Assembly (NCBI RefSeq): GCF_009914755.1
Contig: NC_060928.1
Length of the DNA: 64,000 bases
Direction: 5' to 3' (one strand)
Source: the human T2T-CHM13v2.0 reference genome, Homo sapiens
Part shown: in pieces, positions 24,908 to 39,371 of the stretch
How the letters are laid out: the number at the start of each line of letters is the position of its first letter
Position numbering within the stretch: position 1 is the first letter of the stretch
Translations under genes and position numbers: made by a program
The notes under the pieces: generated by a model
The model's database searches: none
Told to the model about the DNA's origin: nothing
The model's input: the letters and a program-made list of their open reading frames with translations, nothing else

Positions 24908-27900
24908 CTGTGATAGAGAACAAGGCCAATGCACACATGTGCAGCCAGATACTTTCCAATAAATGTCTTTTAAGAGACTATTTTTTAAGTAGAATAAAAT
25001 ATGAGATAAAAGGAAAAGGGAAAATAATCAAGGAAGAGCCTTTTGTATCAGAATCTTTTTGGCCTTTCCCTACTGTTTTCAGAATTCAATTTTAAAATGT
25101 TGAAAATAAATATACCAACTAAAACAAACTTAAATGATGAAAGAAAAACAGCTTCTGATGTAAATTTTTAGAACTGAAAATAATTTAACTGCAGAATACA
25201 CACATATGCCTTTAATCTGACTATCACAGTAGATTTAGATGTCTAAGACTGGGAAAATAATAAGAGTGAATAGAGCTAAACGAAGCATTTGTTCTTTTCT
25301 CTCTCTCCTCTCCAAACTTGATTTTCTTTTGATTCATTTGGTCATTTGTTCCTAGTTTATTTTATCCCCTAAAATACTATTTTTATGTTATAACTTTGCT
25401 CAAAAACCTTCACTAGCTTTCTTCTGTATATACAAAGCACGCCTCTTAGAATCATTAAGTTCTTCAATGGTCCAGTTCCAGACTTTTATTCTGCATATTC
25501 CATTTTCATCACAATGTGACCCCTTTCCTCTGACTTAGAAGGCCTACCCATTTTCTCAAAATATAATTTTTATTAATATACCCTTGTGGTTTTACTTGTA
25601 CCTATTTTTTCTACCTGAAAAATCTTCTTCACTTCTTTTCTCACTCTTTGCATTCCACTGATTTTTCTAAATCTAACTTGGGGAACAAGTGTTCTTTGGG
25701 AACACTGGTCCCAAGCGTCCAGCAAGCAGTGACCTCTCATTCCTCCAAATCATTAGTTATCCAGTTATCCTTCACTTTTCATTCGATTTTACTCATTATT
25801 TCTTTACTCATTATTTCTAAAATATGCTTAAAATTTGAAGATTTATGTCACCAAAACTTTTCAGTGTAGGTAGGAAACAAACATATTAGTCAATTAATGA
25901 GCTATAATTTTCCTCACTCATAGCACTAACTATATCTCATGAGGTGGTTATGTCTTGTAGGTTTTTGATCATGTGTAAGTGCTCAGGGCAAAGTGTTTGG
26001 AAGGGACCATCTTTCCTTTCTTATGTTTCCATGCGACTCGATCTTCCATTTGAGTAACACATTTGGTTTCTCTTTGTCCCCTTACTTGGTTCTCTAATTA
26101 TGGGGAAAAACACTAGCTAGCTACATTAGCACTCATTCTAACTCATATTTTTCAACACTGGATTTATTGGTAATGAATGTGATATCTGGATCTCCATATG
26201 TGTAACTCTTATGCCTATCTCTCTGTTAGTTCTGACCTTCATTTAGGGGGAAGAGTAATAGTTATGAGGACCACTTAAACTCCAACACACGCTTTTGTAC
26301 ATGACATTATGCAAGAGATATTTGTTCCATTTACTAAATTAATAATTTCCAGTCACTTAAATAACAGAAATGAATCTGATTTAGACTGTCTAGTACTTAC
26401 CTTTTGTTATTTTGAGTGGCAAAAATGAAAAAAAGTTACTTTATTAAGGTTCAAGTACCTGGCTATGAGAGCATTTTGAAGTCTTAATATAGTAAGTAAA
26501 CCCAATTATGATGCATAGTCTTTAAAACAATTTTACCTTTCTTTCCCCATAAGATGCATTTATAGTTTTGAAGAGGAAGGAATGACAGGGTTATGGCATT
26601 GGCTTCTGCCTCAGGATGTTCTCTAGTTCATCCCAGCTCTTGTATTGTTTCATCTCTCAGTGAATACGTTCAGTTTTTTTTTTTTTAATGAATGAAGCTA
26701 CTTACACAGAAATTATAAAGCCATTTTAATTTCTTATGTGTGTCTAAAGTGTCCATAGAGCACATTATTAAAAGTAAGAAGGGAAGACCCAAAACTTACC
26801 AATGGAACTGATAGATGTGACATTCTTTATTATGACAATATTTTCCTCTTTTACTTGAAAAGCTTTTTGTTCTACTATTACAGAAAACTCTATGTATTAC
26901 TTAAAAACTATACTATTTATGCAAGATTTTTTTCAGACAGCTCTAAAATGTAGATAGCTAAGTTGCTAAACACAACAATTCATAGTTAATAGATTAAGGA
27001 GTGAAAATGACATATTTGCTTGAAATTGTATGGATGATTTAGGCTGACAACACAATTTCCTAGCATAAAATTTAACCATGTATTTTAAAAATAGAACCAG
27101 GGGAACTTGAATGACAATTGTTCTGTGTTTTATCCACTTGAAAATTCATGAATATGTATTGAATATCTCATGAGTCCATTTTTCCTTATTTTACAAACTT
27201 ATTTTCACTATAAAATCAACATAACCATATTTTTGAAACTTTGAAAAATGTAAGTAGAAATCACTTCTAATCACTGAACAAAACTACTTTTATAGTTTTG
27301 AGTATGACTTAGGCCCTTGGGTGAATTTCAACAAGTTATTTAACCCCTCAGAGACATTTGTTATACTTGAAAACAGACAAGAATAAAATTAATTTCCACA
27401 TGGCTGAATTAGAGTAAAAATTAGAAATAATATATAAAAATGTTACAGTGAGCTGAACTCACCAAATCTACTTAAGAATAAGGTAAGGCATAAATTCACA
27501 AAATCATTAGAAAAAGTTATGTGGAGAATTATTTGTTTTAATATATTTCTTGCCAATATTTTTCTAATAAATAAGTTTCCATAAATTTTTATAGTGTAGA
27601 ATAATACACACACGCACACATGCACACACATATGCACACTACTTTGTAACCTGTTTTTGTTCATAACATTTTATCAAAAACATTGGCCATGTTATACATA
27701 GTCTTCATGTCATTTTAATTTTCCTGAAGACGTATTTCTCTTCTGAGGCTTGAGTTTTACATCATTCTGGACTTATAACTCTTTAGGATGGCTGCACAAT
27801 GGTCATTTTTAATTTTTCTTAATCAAAAATGACCCAGGGATTTTCTTCATTTTTCTCTTTTGTTGGGACCTGTGGTCACTGAATCCTATAAGCTCCTTTT

Positions 27901-29352
27901 TCTTGATTTAATTTTTCATTTTGTAGAACACATGCATCAGTCATATCATGAGTGTCCTAGTTCATCATCCCTGAGGGAATGGCTGATACTCTATAAGAAA
28001 GAAAATAAAATGCATATGTAGAGTATGTGTTTATTTCATTCAAGATGAATAGCTGTCCCTTTAGAGTGAAGAGTCTTGTGAAATTAACTTGCCAACCAAT
28101 TGAATGGTTGAAGAGACGTCACTATATGGGTACTCAGAATTGGTCTTTGTTTAGGCAGATTAGCCTTGGTGGGTGGAACCTCATGTTACTGGGCCGATGC
28201 ATAGTCCCCATCTTTGCCACTATTGTTACAAGATGGGGATGTTCAATGACAGAGACTATCTGAATCACGTAGTCAATTAGCTAAACCATTGTATCTACTT
28301 GGTTGTTTAGTGCCTTTTCCATGGTAGATATTCTCTGATGAGTATTGACATGTGATACAAAGATTTTTGCACTTCATGACCACTCCGATAGGTCCATTCA
28401 CATGCCTCTTCTAGAACTCTTCGTTTCTTATTTGCTATTTTTTCTCTTTCCAAACTCTGACCAAGAAATCAAGTCATTTTGTACCATGAATACACGCATG
28501 TTTTTGCCTTGGAAAATTTCTTTTTCCAAACAATGTAGAATAACAGGTGCAGGCCCAAAAGCTTTTTTGCTGAAATGATTGCCAACATTATAGTTTTCAG
28601 GGCCATTCTGAGTGGCTCTGTCCTATGTCAGCAATATATTAGTCTTTAATTAAATTAAGATTAGTTATTGTACTCATACTAACTGACCCATTTACTAACT
28701 GAGCTTGATCTTCCTTCACTTGTATCACATTTTAATAAGGGGCAAGAGCGTCCCTATATCAATAAGTTCTTTATATTCATCTTTATACATAATCCACCTT
28801 GATCCAGCCCTCTCTGATTCCACAACCATATATATTATTGTGGGATTTGCTGACATGTGTTTGTTATATTCTAGAGGTCCTTTGGTCTAGTACTTTTTCT
28901 TGGTTAATGGGCCAGCATCTTTCTGGATTATGTTGTGCATAAATTGCACTGTGGATTGGCCCTAATTTTTTTCTGGTAACTAGGAGAAGTGGAGGTAGAT
29001 TTTGAAAGGGATATGTGTGTTTATACAAAGCAGGGTCCTCTGCATCATCTTAAAAAATAATGGGAGAGGGATGACTACTAATGGGGAGGAGTGAGTCACT
29101 TTTGAAAGCCTAGAAGTTTCATTTCAGGGGAATGTGAATTCTCAAGATTCTTGACTGTTTTATGCAACCTATCTATCTTTACCCAAAGTTTTAAAATTTC
29201 ACTCTTTCTCAACTTGGGCCCTAATTTTTACATAGCACAATTGCCAGAGTTGATGTGATGACTGTCTTTGGAGCTCTGCTTTGCTAATAAGTCTTAAATC
29301 TGATTCTGACCATTTTTTGCCTCTAATATCAGCAGATAAGAACCTCATTGTC

Positions 29353-29687
<335 letters not shown>

Positions 29688-29977
29688 TGAGCAAATGCCA
29701 TCCTATTGCATTTTCTTCATAATAAGTACTCCTCTAGAACCTATCAAATGTCTGAGATAGTGCACTTGCTGGTACATTTTCTTTCATTGATTTCCCATCT
29801 CACTTTACAATCAATGAATGCTTTAAAAATTTCACAGCTATAATATGCCAGTTGCTCTCATCAGTCCAATTACCACCCATGTTCATGATAAAGCTCTTGT
29901 TGCCAGCCAGCTGGTGATGATCTAGCTCTAAACTCTCATTTTTAGACTCTGCTTCCTCAATCATTTCTGTTAACAGT

Positions 29978-30360
29978 TGTTTTTAGTTGAGTTCCTCAGA
30001 AATTGTCTCAAGAAGAACATTTATATGCAGAAAGATTATTCAGGAATGCTCTAAGGAACACTTGTGAAGACATGGGTGGTGGATAGAAAGAGAAATTAAA
30101 GTACAGCACAGAACATAGGTCTTAGCTGAACCAAAAGGAAGCTCTAGAGCTGAAATGGCCCTTCAGAGTTATTGTACATTGAGGATAGATAGATGGCTTA
30201 GTATTTGTACCCTTTCTCCTTGATCAGTCCCTGGATGAAGGCTGTCCTGGAGGTGGGGACATGCCTCCTTCAGTCAAGAGTAATCCCAAAGAAGGACATA
30301 ACTGTAAGCAGTCAGCAAACAATATTTCCAGAAGCTGGGGAATGTGTACAATGTATGACA
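29978..30360 (-). mobile_element. LTR16-like ERVL LTR
   Basis: ttagttgagttcctcagaaattgtctcaagaagaacatttatatgcagaaagattattcaggaatgctc resembles a reverse LTR16 end. Confidence 0.5.
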
Positions 30361-30500
30361 CAGAAAAAGTGCGTAAAAGATAAAATTTGAGACCTTGCAA
30401 ATAGAAAATCCAGTTGTTCTATAGCAATTAGTTTGGGTATAGAATGCTGGCTTGGACAAATTTATTCCTTCTGAATTCTAAAGTATTGCTCAATTGTATT

Positions 30501-31013
30501 CTCAGGTAGCCTCTAAAACAGTCCCAAGTGATCCTCACCTCCTGGTATTCACCTTTGTAGTCCTCTCCTCATGAGTATGAACTCAATTTAGTTATTTAGT
30601 TTTAATGAATAGAACATGGCAAAAGTGGTGGGATGCCACCTCTGACACTAGAATGAAAGTCCATGGCTTCTGTTTGGGGCATTCTTTCTCTCTCTCTTTC
30701 TTAGAAGGAAGCCAGCTGCCATGCTTTGAGCTGCTCTATGGAAAGGCACATTTGGCAAGGAACTGATGCCTCCAGTCAACAGCCAGCCAGGACTTGAGAC
30801 CAGGTAACAAGCACAGGGGTGTGCTTGGGAGCAGACCCTCCTGCATTTGACCCTTGAGATGACTACAGCCCCAGTCATAATGAGTCAGAAGCATCCAGCC
30901 AAGTCATTCCCACTTCCTGACCCATAGGAATTGTGAAATGATAAATGTGGGGTTTTTTTTAAGCTGCTAACTTTGGGTATAATTTGTTGTGCAGCAATAA
31001 ATAGCTAATATAC
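30501..31013 (+). mobile_element. MLT1F-like MaLR solo LTR
   Basis: agcctctaaaacagtcccaagtgatcctcacctcctggtattcac...gcccagtcata...taagctgctaactttgggtataatttgttgtgcagcaataaatagctaata. Confidence 0.85.
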
Positions 31014-31019
31014 AATATT

Positions 31020-31900
31020 TCCACTGAGAAGTTAACTGTTATTTTGAACTCTGAATCTCATATAGACCAGTGTTCACTTTATCTTACTCTCTCTCTCTCC
31101 TCTCTCTCACTCTCTGTCTCTGAAATTTCTTCAGATTTTTTATTTGTTTCTGGTGCTCTTACTTTTCACAATGTTGGAACTTATTGATGGTTCTGTCTGT
31201 GTCTATTGGGCTGGACATGCTTTAGGATCTTTTATAACCTGTACTCAGTTTGAGTAGTTTCTTGGGTTGATTCCGTTTTGATTTTCTCATTTCTTTGGAA
31301 ATTTATAATTTTAAAATTTTGGACCACTGAGAACATTTTTAAATTGTCTTAATCTAACTTTCCACTTCTATTCTTTTGCCTATTCTTCTTAGATAATTTT
31401 TACACTTTATTTTCAAGCCCTTCTATTAATATTTTTATTTCTGCTGTGTTATTTCTAAGACTTACAGATTTTATAATGCTATTTTTTAGCATCTCTCCTA
31501 TTTTGTGGATATGTCATCTTTTCTCTCTGAATATGATAATGAGGCTTTCATTTGTTTTCTAAGTTTTTATATCCCTAGGTATTTACTGTTTTGATAATTT
31601 TTTCTTCCCTGTTTGTTTGCTTTGCTTTTTTCTTCCAAGATAAAGCCTGGAAGCTGCACGTCACCTGCCAGCTTTGTGTGTGCCCAGTGAGGTAAGAAAA
31701 TTGGCAGCATTAAGATTTAGTAGATACATTTTCATGCATACCAGGTTTTTAGTGCTATACTTCTGCTCTCAGATGTGCCTGTCATCTCCCTCTGATATCC
31801 AGACCCTGTTTTACCCTTTAGTAAACTGCTGGGGTTTGGAAAAGGGCAGCTGCCCAGCATAGAGAAGAGTTCTGTGAGGTTTTTGCCTTATGTGGACCTC
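31020..31900 (-). mobile_element. Ancient L1M fragment(s)
   Basis: T-rich degenerate L1-like text (ttttcacaatgttgg...ttttcaagcccttctattaatatttttatttctgct), continuing at about 32470-32830. Confidence 0.5.
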
Positions 31901-31902
31901 CA

Positions 31903-32470
31903 TTTTAGTTATATATTGCTGCATAACAACTCTATTCTTTCCCCCAAATTTAGCAATAAAAAGCAAAAACTACTTTATTATGTTCACAAATTTTGTGTGT
32001 GAAGAATCGAGAATGGGTGAAACATGAAAGTCTTTCTTCTTTCTGTAATGTTTGTGGCTTCAGTGCAGGTGGCATAATGACCAGCGGTGACTTGAATGAC
32101 AAGGGGACAGAACAGCTGGACAATCCAATTCCTAGATGCTTTCTCCAGTTATGGCCCTGACTGGGATCTCCGAAGAATGACTCAGCTGAAACTGTCAGTG
32201 AGGATGCTTACCTGTGGTCTCCCCATCATGGTGGTATCAGGGTTGTTGAACACCTTACATGGCTCCAAAAGCAAGTGTTCTGGAATGTAAGGCAACAGCT
32301 GTGTGGTCTTTCATAATCCAGCATCAGAAGTCACATGGCATCACTCCTGCTAAAATTTCTATGTGGAAGCAGCCACAAAACTGCCCAAATTCAAATAGAG
32401 GGCACACAGATCTTATTTTTTGATGGGAGGACTCACAAAAATTTTGCCACCATATTATAAAAACACTATA
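31903..32470 (-). mobile_element. MLT1G/H-like MaLR solo LTR
   Basis: ttagttatatattgctgcataacaac...cagcatcagaagtcacatggcatcactcctgc...tttgatgggagg. Confidence 0.75.
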
Positions 32471-33012
32471 AGATCTAATAGTAACTTTAACTTTTTTTAA
32501 CCAATCCTTCTATTTTCAGCCCAGACTTCACTTCCTTATTCAGATGTATAAATGTCTTCTGTGGCTTTGTGATCAAATCTGAATGTTTCTTGGATTTACC
32601 CCTGCCAGCTAAGGATTTGGCCTTCTTTGATCTGTTAAATCAGTTCTCAAACACTGACTTGTTTTCCATCTAAAATATCAGGGTGACCTTTATCCCATTC
32701 TCATTGCTTTGAGGATTTTGTGCCCCCTTTTTTAAAGTCACTTTCTATGTATTTTTATATGAGTGAGGTTTTGGGAGAAAGTACAGATAAATATATATTC
32801 TCAATCTACCACTTTAATTGAAAATTCTTGTTTTTTCTTTTACAAAATTCCTAATGTTTGCCTAACAAACATTTATTGAGAAACTGCTGTATTTTCAGTA
32901 TGTGTTAAGGTCTGTGTACATCTATTTTATATACATTATCTTATTTAATATGCTCATTTAATTTCCACATCTTGTTTAACATTTATAATCTTTTGATTTG
33001 TTAAATACAATT

Positions 33013-33424
33013 TGTAGAAGACCATTGGTTTAGCGTGAGCTGCACCAGGCCTGGCAGACCAAACCAAAATGTAGTATCTCATACTAAAGTTCCATGCCAC
33101 CAAGCTGAAACTAAGTTGTTTATCTGACTTTCCAAGAAGTCAGGAGAAAGAGATAACAGTCAAATCCCCAAATATGCTAGTTTGAGTTGGCATGATAGGA
33201 AAGTTCCTTCCACTTTAGCCTTTATACGAAAGTAACTTTGGAATGATCAGTCTGCTTTTTGTTTCCTGTTTCTGTTTCAGCACTTTTTGTAAAGCCAACT
33301 TCTTCTCAGCACATCAGAACACTCATTCTACTTTATAGAATGAGGTATAATCTGAATCTAAAATCACAAATAAAAGCCAATTAAGATTTTTAAAGTAAGT
33401 TTGTTGTAATTTTGTCTTTTGACA
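33013..33424 (+). mobile_element. ERV1 MER4-group solo LTR (MER57/LTR54-like)
   Basis: TG...CA termini; cagaccaaaccaaaatg...aagctgaaactaagttgtttatctga...aataaaagccaattaagat...ttttgtcttttgaca. Confidence 0.75.
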
Positions 33425-34640
33425 GATTTCATCATTGCCTACATTTGTCTTCAGACGACCTGCAGTACAAACTTGGCTTAAACCTGCAGTTGACAATGGT
33501 AACAGGAATCTTATTTTAAAAAATAATATGCGCCACCAGCTAAGTTGGTCATGATGAGGTCTGGGCCTTGATAGCCTTCTGGGTTTTAATTCACACAATA
33601 TGTTTGAAAAAAGAAAAATCAAAGTAACTGTAATTTTTTTGTAAAGCAAAATACTTTTTAAAAGCCATGAGGCACGTGTTACTCAAAGGGCTCCTTGGAT
33701 GAATTATTTTGTAAGGCAAATGATTTGTTATAGTTCCAATGACATCTAAATTTGCCAGTTGTAAATACTGGAATTTTTGGTCCTTGCATTGAACTTACTG
33801 GTATTGATGTGCTATATAACTAAATGTCTTCTAAAAGGATTCACCGTGGGAGAATAAATTACAATGGATAAAAAACAGCATTACAATCCCTCAATAAAAT
33901 GGGATTTTAACAGACAAAGGTGAGTCAGTGGTGAAAGGCAGGAGAAGATACAACAGGTAAGTGTCTGACTTCAGGCTGGAGCCCTAATATAATAATAAGT
34001 CCTTCTTGTATTGTAATCTCTTACAGCTGAATCTCCATGTGCTCTCTCTCTCTTCTAACATCAATGCAGCTCCTGGTATGTGGTCGTTCTCAGGCCCAAA
34101 GGCCCATTTTGCTTTTGGCTGCAACTCTGTAACTCTGTAACAGAGACCAAGTGCCTGCAGGGAGCAGATGTTTGGAGCAGTATCTGCTAAGGTGGCTTTG
34201 CTGAAACTTGTTTCTCTCACTGGGTCTTGGAAGTGGCGAATAGGACGTTCCTATAGAAAAACTCAGAAAGGTAGTGTTCTATCATCAATAACATGATCAG
34301 CATGACAATATTGTATTATGTTTATTCCAGTAACGGGCCAAATATTCTGCATAAATTACCTAATTTAAGACAAGTACTATGTTTAGTTCCATTCTTCAAA
34401 TCAGAGAATTGAGGAAAAAAACAAAGGCTTTTTTTTTTCAGATAATGAAGCTGCTATTTGCAAGAACTGCATCTGTCTGACTCTCAGACAGATCTACACC
34501 AGTGTTTAGCAGACATGCCAAATGATAAGAGTCAATCACAGCCTCTGTAGAAAATACTGGAACCCTGATGTGGACTTACTGAATCAGAATCTCCAGGCAA
34601 TAAGCTTGAGATTCTCTGGTTTGTAAAGCCAACCAAGTGA

Positions 34641-35173
34641 TTTTCTTTCCTTCCTTCCTTCCCTCCTTCCTTCCTTCCTTCCCTCCCTCCCTTCCTCCTT
34701 CCTTTCCTTCATTCCTCCCTCCCTCCTTCCATCCATGCCTTCTTCTTTCCTTCCTTCCCTTTTTCCTTCCCTTCCTTCCTCCCTTCTTTCCTTTTTCTTT
34801 CTCTTTTTTTCCTTTTTCTTTCTTTCTCTCTCCTTTCCTTTTCCCTTTTTCTCTCTTTCTCTTCTTCCTTCCCTCCCTCCTTCCTTCCTTCCCTCCCTCC
34901 TTCCTTCCTTCCCTCCCTCCCTCCTTCCTTCCCTCCCTCCTTCCTTCCTTCCCTCCCTCCTTCCTTCCTTCCCTCCCTCCTTCCTTCCTTCCCTCCCTCC
35001 TTCCTTCCCTCCCTCCTTCCTTCCTTTTTCCTTCCTCCCTCCCTCCCTTTTTTCTTTCCTTTTTCTTTTTTCTTTCTCTTTTTCTTCTTTTTCTTTCTTT
35101 CTTTCTCTCTCTCCTCTTTTTCTTTTTTTCTCTCTCTCCTTCCTTCCTTTTTTCCTTCTCTCTCTCTCTCTTT
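34641..35173. repeat. ~530 bp polypyrimidine tract of (CCTT)n/(CCCT)n/(CTTT)n/(CT)n
   Basis: Almost purine-free on the plus strand; source of the spurious ORFs at 34576-35241. Confidence 0.97.
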
Positions 35174-35225
35174 ACCATATTGCACTACCTTTTATCATCA
35201 CATTTGATTTGATAATAAAGGATAA

Positions 35226-35615
<390 letters not shown>

Positions 35616-36033
35616 TTATATTTGTTTTTTAATAGCTGTACATCGTACCATCCATAGCATCTGCTAATACCACATTCTGCCAAAACAACCCAGTCAGAAA
35701 TCTCCCAGAGGAGGTATTGTGTCCAGGTATTTTAACTACACAAACCCATGCATTCTGATGATTGCTGCTGTATTTTCTTCTCTTGTTGGAAGACTGCGAT
35801 TGATAAGATCCGACTCCTTTGGTTAGTAGTTAGCCTGCACAGGGCGGCAATAATGCCCTGTTTGCTTATCGTAAGAGTTTGCTGCTTACGAATTGCTTAT
35901 TTCTCTTAGAAGCTCTTCTCCACCACATCCAGTTCTGCAGTATCCTTCCGATGTCATTTGTCTGTAGTTCATCAGCCCCCGGCTTTTCTCCCAGCTCAAG
36001 ATCCTTTTCCAAGCAACCCTCCATGATACAAGG

Positions 36034-36064
<31 letters not shown>

Positions 36065-36697
36065 TGCCTCTGCAGTAACATGGTTCCATTTGCTCCTTTT
36101 CCTGTTCTTTCTCTGCTTGCAGGCCTCTGATGGGGCAAACATACAGTGGGAAGCATTCCCTTAGAGAAGTAACTTCAGATCTGCTTTTGTGATACTTAAG
36201 TGAGCTTACCGTTACTTTTTAGCGGGATGTTGTAAAATTCTCAAATAGTTCCTCTATAAAAGAATGTCTTATAAGGCTGTTGGTAGTATAAAGTATTAAT
36301 GTGAAATAAAATAAATAATAGATTGTGAAAATTTTTGAAAGGACAGTTTTACTGATCTTTTGTTTGAAATGATTAATATCCCTTTCCATATGCCCACTTG
36401 AATTTCAAGGAAAGACTTAAGTTTCTCATAGACTTTAGCTTATATGCTATTATATATACCATTTGGGAAAAAAGTTTAACTCTAGTACATAGCTTTCTAT
36501 GTCTTTTATGAAAATACTATATGCAATTTCAAATATTTAAATTAATTTTATGGTATCAGTAAAATATATGAAGTTAAAGGAAAATTTCTCAAACTCTACT
36601 TTTTACAAAAGTTGAAGCCTGTGGCTAAAATTACCTTTATGTGGCTTATTCAGAAGTGGTGGCAAAATGTTTAAAAATATGATCTTCCTCTTTGCAG

Positions 36698-36816
36698 AGA
36701 CTGTGAAAGATAATCTTAAAGAGGCACTCACGAAACACAAGCTCCTTCTCCGGGAAAAAGAATCATCACCCTTGTTATCCCATGAAAATTCATCTTCTCC
36801 TTTTCAGCTGATATGA
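36698..36816 (+). CDS. Putative terminal coding exon of an unidentified gene (x-TVKDNLKEALTKHKLLLREKESSPLLSHENSSSPFQLI*)
   Basis: Acceptor gatcttcctctttgcag|, phase-1 start, 38 sense codons then TGA at 36814-36816, non-repeat sequence with retained CpGs. Possible poly(A) signal AGTAAA at 36896-36901. Upstream exons not confidently seen. Confidence 0.55.
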
Positions 36817-37979
36817 GGACTTGATCTGTCCTTTCCTATAAGTGCCATCTGTGTTTAAATGAGGCTGTTACTCTAACTCAAAGCAGACTTGCAAGAGTAA
36901 AATAATCAATCTTCATCATATTGCTGCACTTTCGACAGTTAATTTTCTAGAGTAATTTGTCATTGTGAGGAGCATAAGATTTGTCTGAATTTGTGTCAAA
37001 GGTTATTGACTGAATTGCCACCTCATCTTTTCAGTCAATCTATAAATATGGGCAAGTTTGGGCAGAGGCTAATGGCCTTCTCACTAAGGGGATGAGATTG
37101 TCCAAGTTAGGCAACTGATAAGAGGTAGAAATATCTATTGTGTCACCCATTTCTTGTGGTAGCATTGACTTAGAGTTAATCTCAGAAACTTCACTTAACC
37201 TTCTTAGTCCTTTTCTTCCTGTAAAACAAGGCTAAAAATTGTCATAACTATATTCTAGTTTCCACAAAAGCTAATCTAAGTATTAAAATTTTTATTGTGA
37301 CTTTGTGAGAGTGATCCTGTATTTTTCACAAAACTAAGAAGAAAATATTTTTATTTAGTGTTTTTCTATGAATAGCTTTTGGTTTTTGGAAAAACCATCT
37401 GATCTTTATTACTAAGATTCTTGCTTCTTAGGTCAAATTCTTGTTCCCTGTCTTTATATAGAGTCTAATATTGGGAACATACCCAAGGACCACATGGATA
37501 ATTTTATGATGCTTGCTGACTATTATGTTTCTTGCCCACTTTAATAGCCTAATAATAATAGTTACGAATTCTTATTGAGAAATAGCCATTCTTAATCAAT
37601 GCCAATGACAGTGTTTCCTCTTTCAGACTGAAGGAAAAACAGGGAGAAAACCAGTTCATATATTATGGTTAAACACTGATAAAACATTTTGGTTAAATAT
37701 CTGCCTTCATGGGTTATTGCAAAATAGATTAGTTTAAAGCTCATCTAGCCCTGAAATATACAGTTAGATTATTTTTTATGGATTTCAATTATTTTTATTT
37801 CATTACAGTTATTTTTTTTTCAATACATGGCCTGTTTGAAGATACATCATAGTAATGGTAACAGAAGCAACCACTGCAGTAAATAACTGACAATTGCTGA
37901 ACAATTCATGTCTGCCATGCCATGCTATGAGGGCCTTAAGGAATAAATACAACTTATATTCATAATAAACATAGGAGGT

Positions 37980-38559
37980 TGTAGAAGGCTAAATAATGGG
38001 TCACCAAAGATACCCACATCCCATAATTCCTGTAACTGGTGACTATGTTACCTTGCATGGTAGAAGGGATTTTGCAGTTGAGGTTAAGGTTAAAGACTTT
38101 ATAAAGGCAGATTATCTTGGATTATCTGGGTGGGTCTTTAAAAGCGGAAGAGAAAAGCAGAAAAGCAAGTCAGACAGACAGATGCAACTACAGAAGAGAC
38201 AGTAGGGACTCAACTCAAATGACTAACTTTGAAGATGGAGGAGGTGGTCCATGAGGCAAGGAATGCACTTGCTTCTAGAAGCTGGGAATAACCCACAGCT
38301 AGAAGCAAAGTAGGAAATGGAAGTCTCAATTCTACATCGTAAGGAAGTGAATTCTGCCAATAACTTGAAAGAGAAGGAAATAGATTCCCTCCAGAGGCTC
38401 TAGAAAATAATGTATCCCTGCTGACACCTTAATTTGATTTGAGCCCCATGAGACCCACGTTGGACTTCTGACTTATGGAGCTTGTAAGATAATAAATTTG
38501 CATTGTTTCAGCCACTACATTTGTGGAAATTTGTTACAACCACAATAGGAAACTCATAG
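37980..38559 (+). mobile_element. MLT1D/E-like MaLR solo LTR
   Basis: aataatgg...atgttaccttgcatggtagaagggattttgcag...ctttgaagatggaggag...tttgtggaaatttgttacaaccacaataggaaactcata. Confidence 0.88.
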
Positions 38560-39251
38560 AATAGTAATCACTAGTAATATCTTCATTTAACAGTTGAGGA
38601 AATTGAGGCAGGACAACACAAGTTATAAAAATTATCTCAGTTCTTAGTAGAGTTCCTGGCATATGACAAGCAGTTAATGTCTTTGTAGAATGAATGAATG
38701 AATAAATAAATAGATTTTTTCTTATGCTTTCCCAAACCAATGTATATTTAATTCTGTCTTTAACTAGATATTTTCCTAATGGAAATACTTTTACTAGTCA
38801 ATGAAACTACAGACCTATAAAGTTCAATCACTGCTCTCTGAGAGTGCAGAAAAAATGACCGCTCAACAACGTATAATATATTTGAAGAGTAACATGGGGG
38901 GCCATCAGAAGTTGAGTAAGAGTATACATTAATTATTCAAGACAAAAATACAAGCAATATTTTAATATAGTATCTGTGTAATTGGAAAATATATAAATCA
39001 CTTTTGACCTTCTCAATATCAACTAAGGTCAAATAAACAATTTCCCCCATTCTGAAACATGCTGTACAGAGTTGTCCATGTGAGAAAGAGCTCAATTGCT
39101 ACCTTCTGTCTGCAATTCAGAGCATCTATATTTTTCAGTTTGGATTTGAAAATTTAAAACCATATTTGAAACTTTGATACGGTTTCTCTCCCAATGATCT
39201 CAACACCAATGACATCCTATAGACAAGAACTTTGTTTTACTTCCATTGCAG

Positions 39252-39371
39252 GTGTCCAGAGGAATGACTGCCTCTCTCTGTAAGATACTTCCGAGTTCTT
39301 CTTCCATCCGTAGTTAATTGTCTTATGCCACACAGTATAGAAGTTAGACCAGATTTCGCATATCCTCCAGA
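39252..39371 (+). other. Candidate 120 nt exon (alternative C-terminus or non-coding)
   Basis: Acceptor tttgttttacttccattgcag| and donor AGA|gtgagt; stop codons in all three frames. Confidence 0.35.

Noticed and set aside
33838-33963. Two consensus donors (AAG|gtgagt, CAG|gtaagt) suggesting a coding exon
   Set aside because: Weak upstream acceptor and stops in all frames; at most a non-coding exon.
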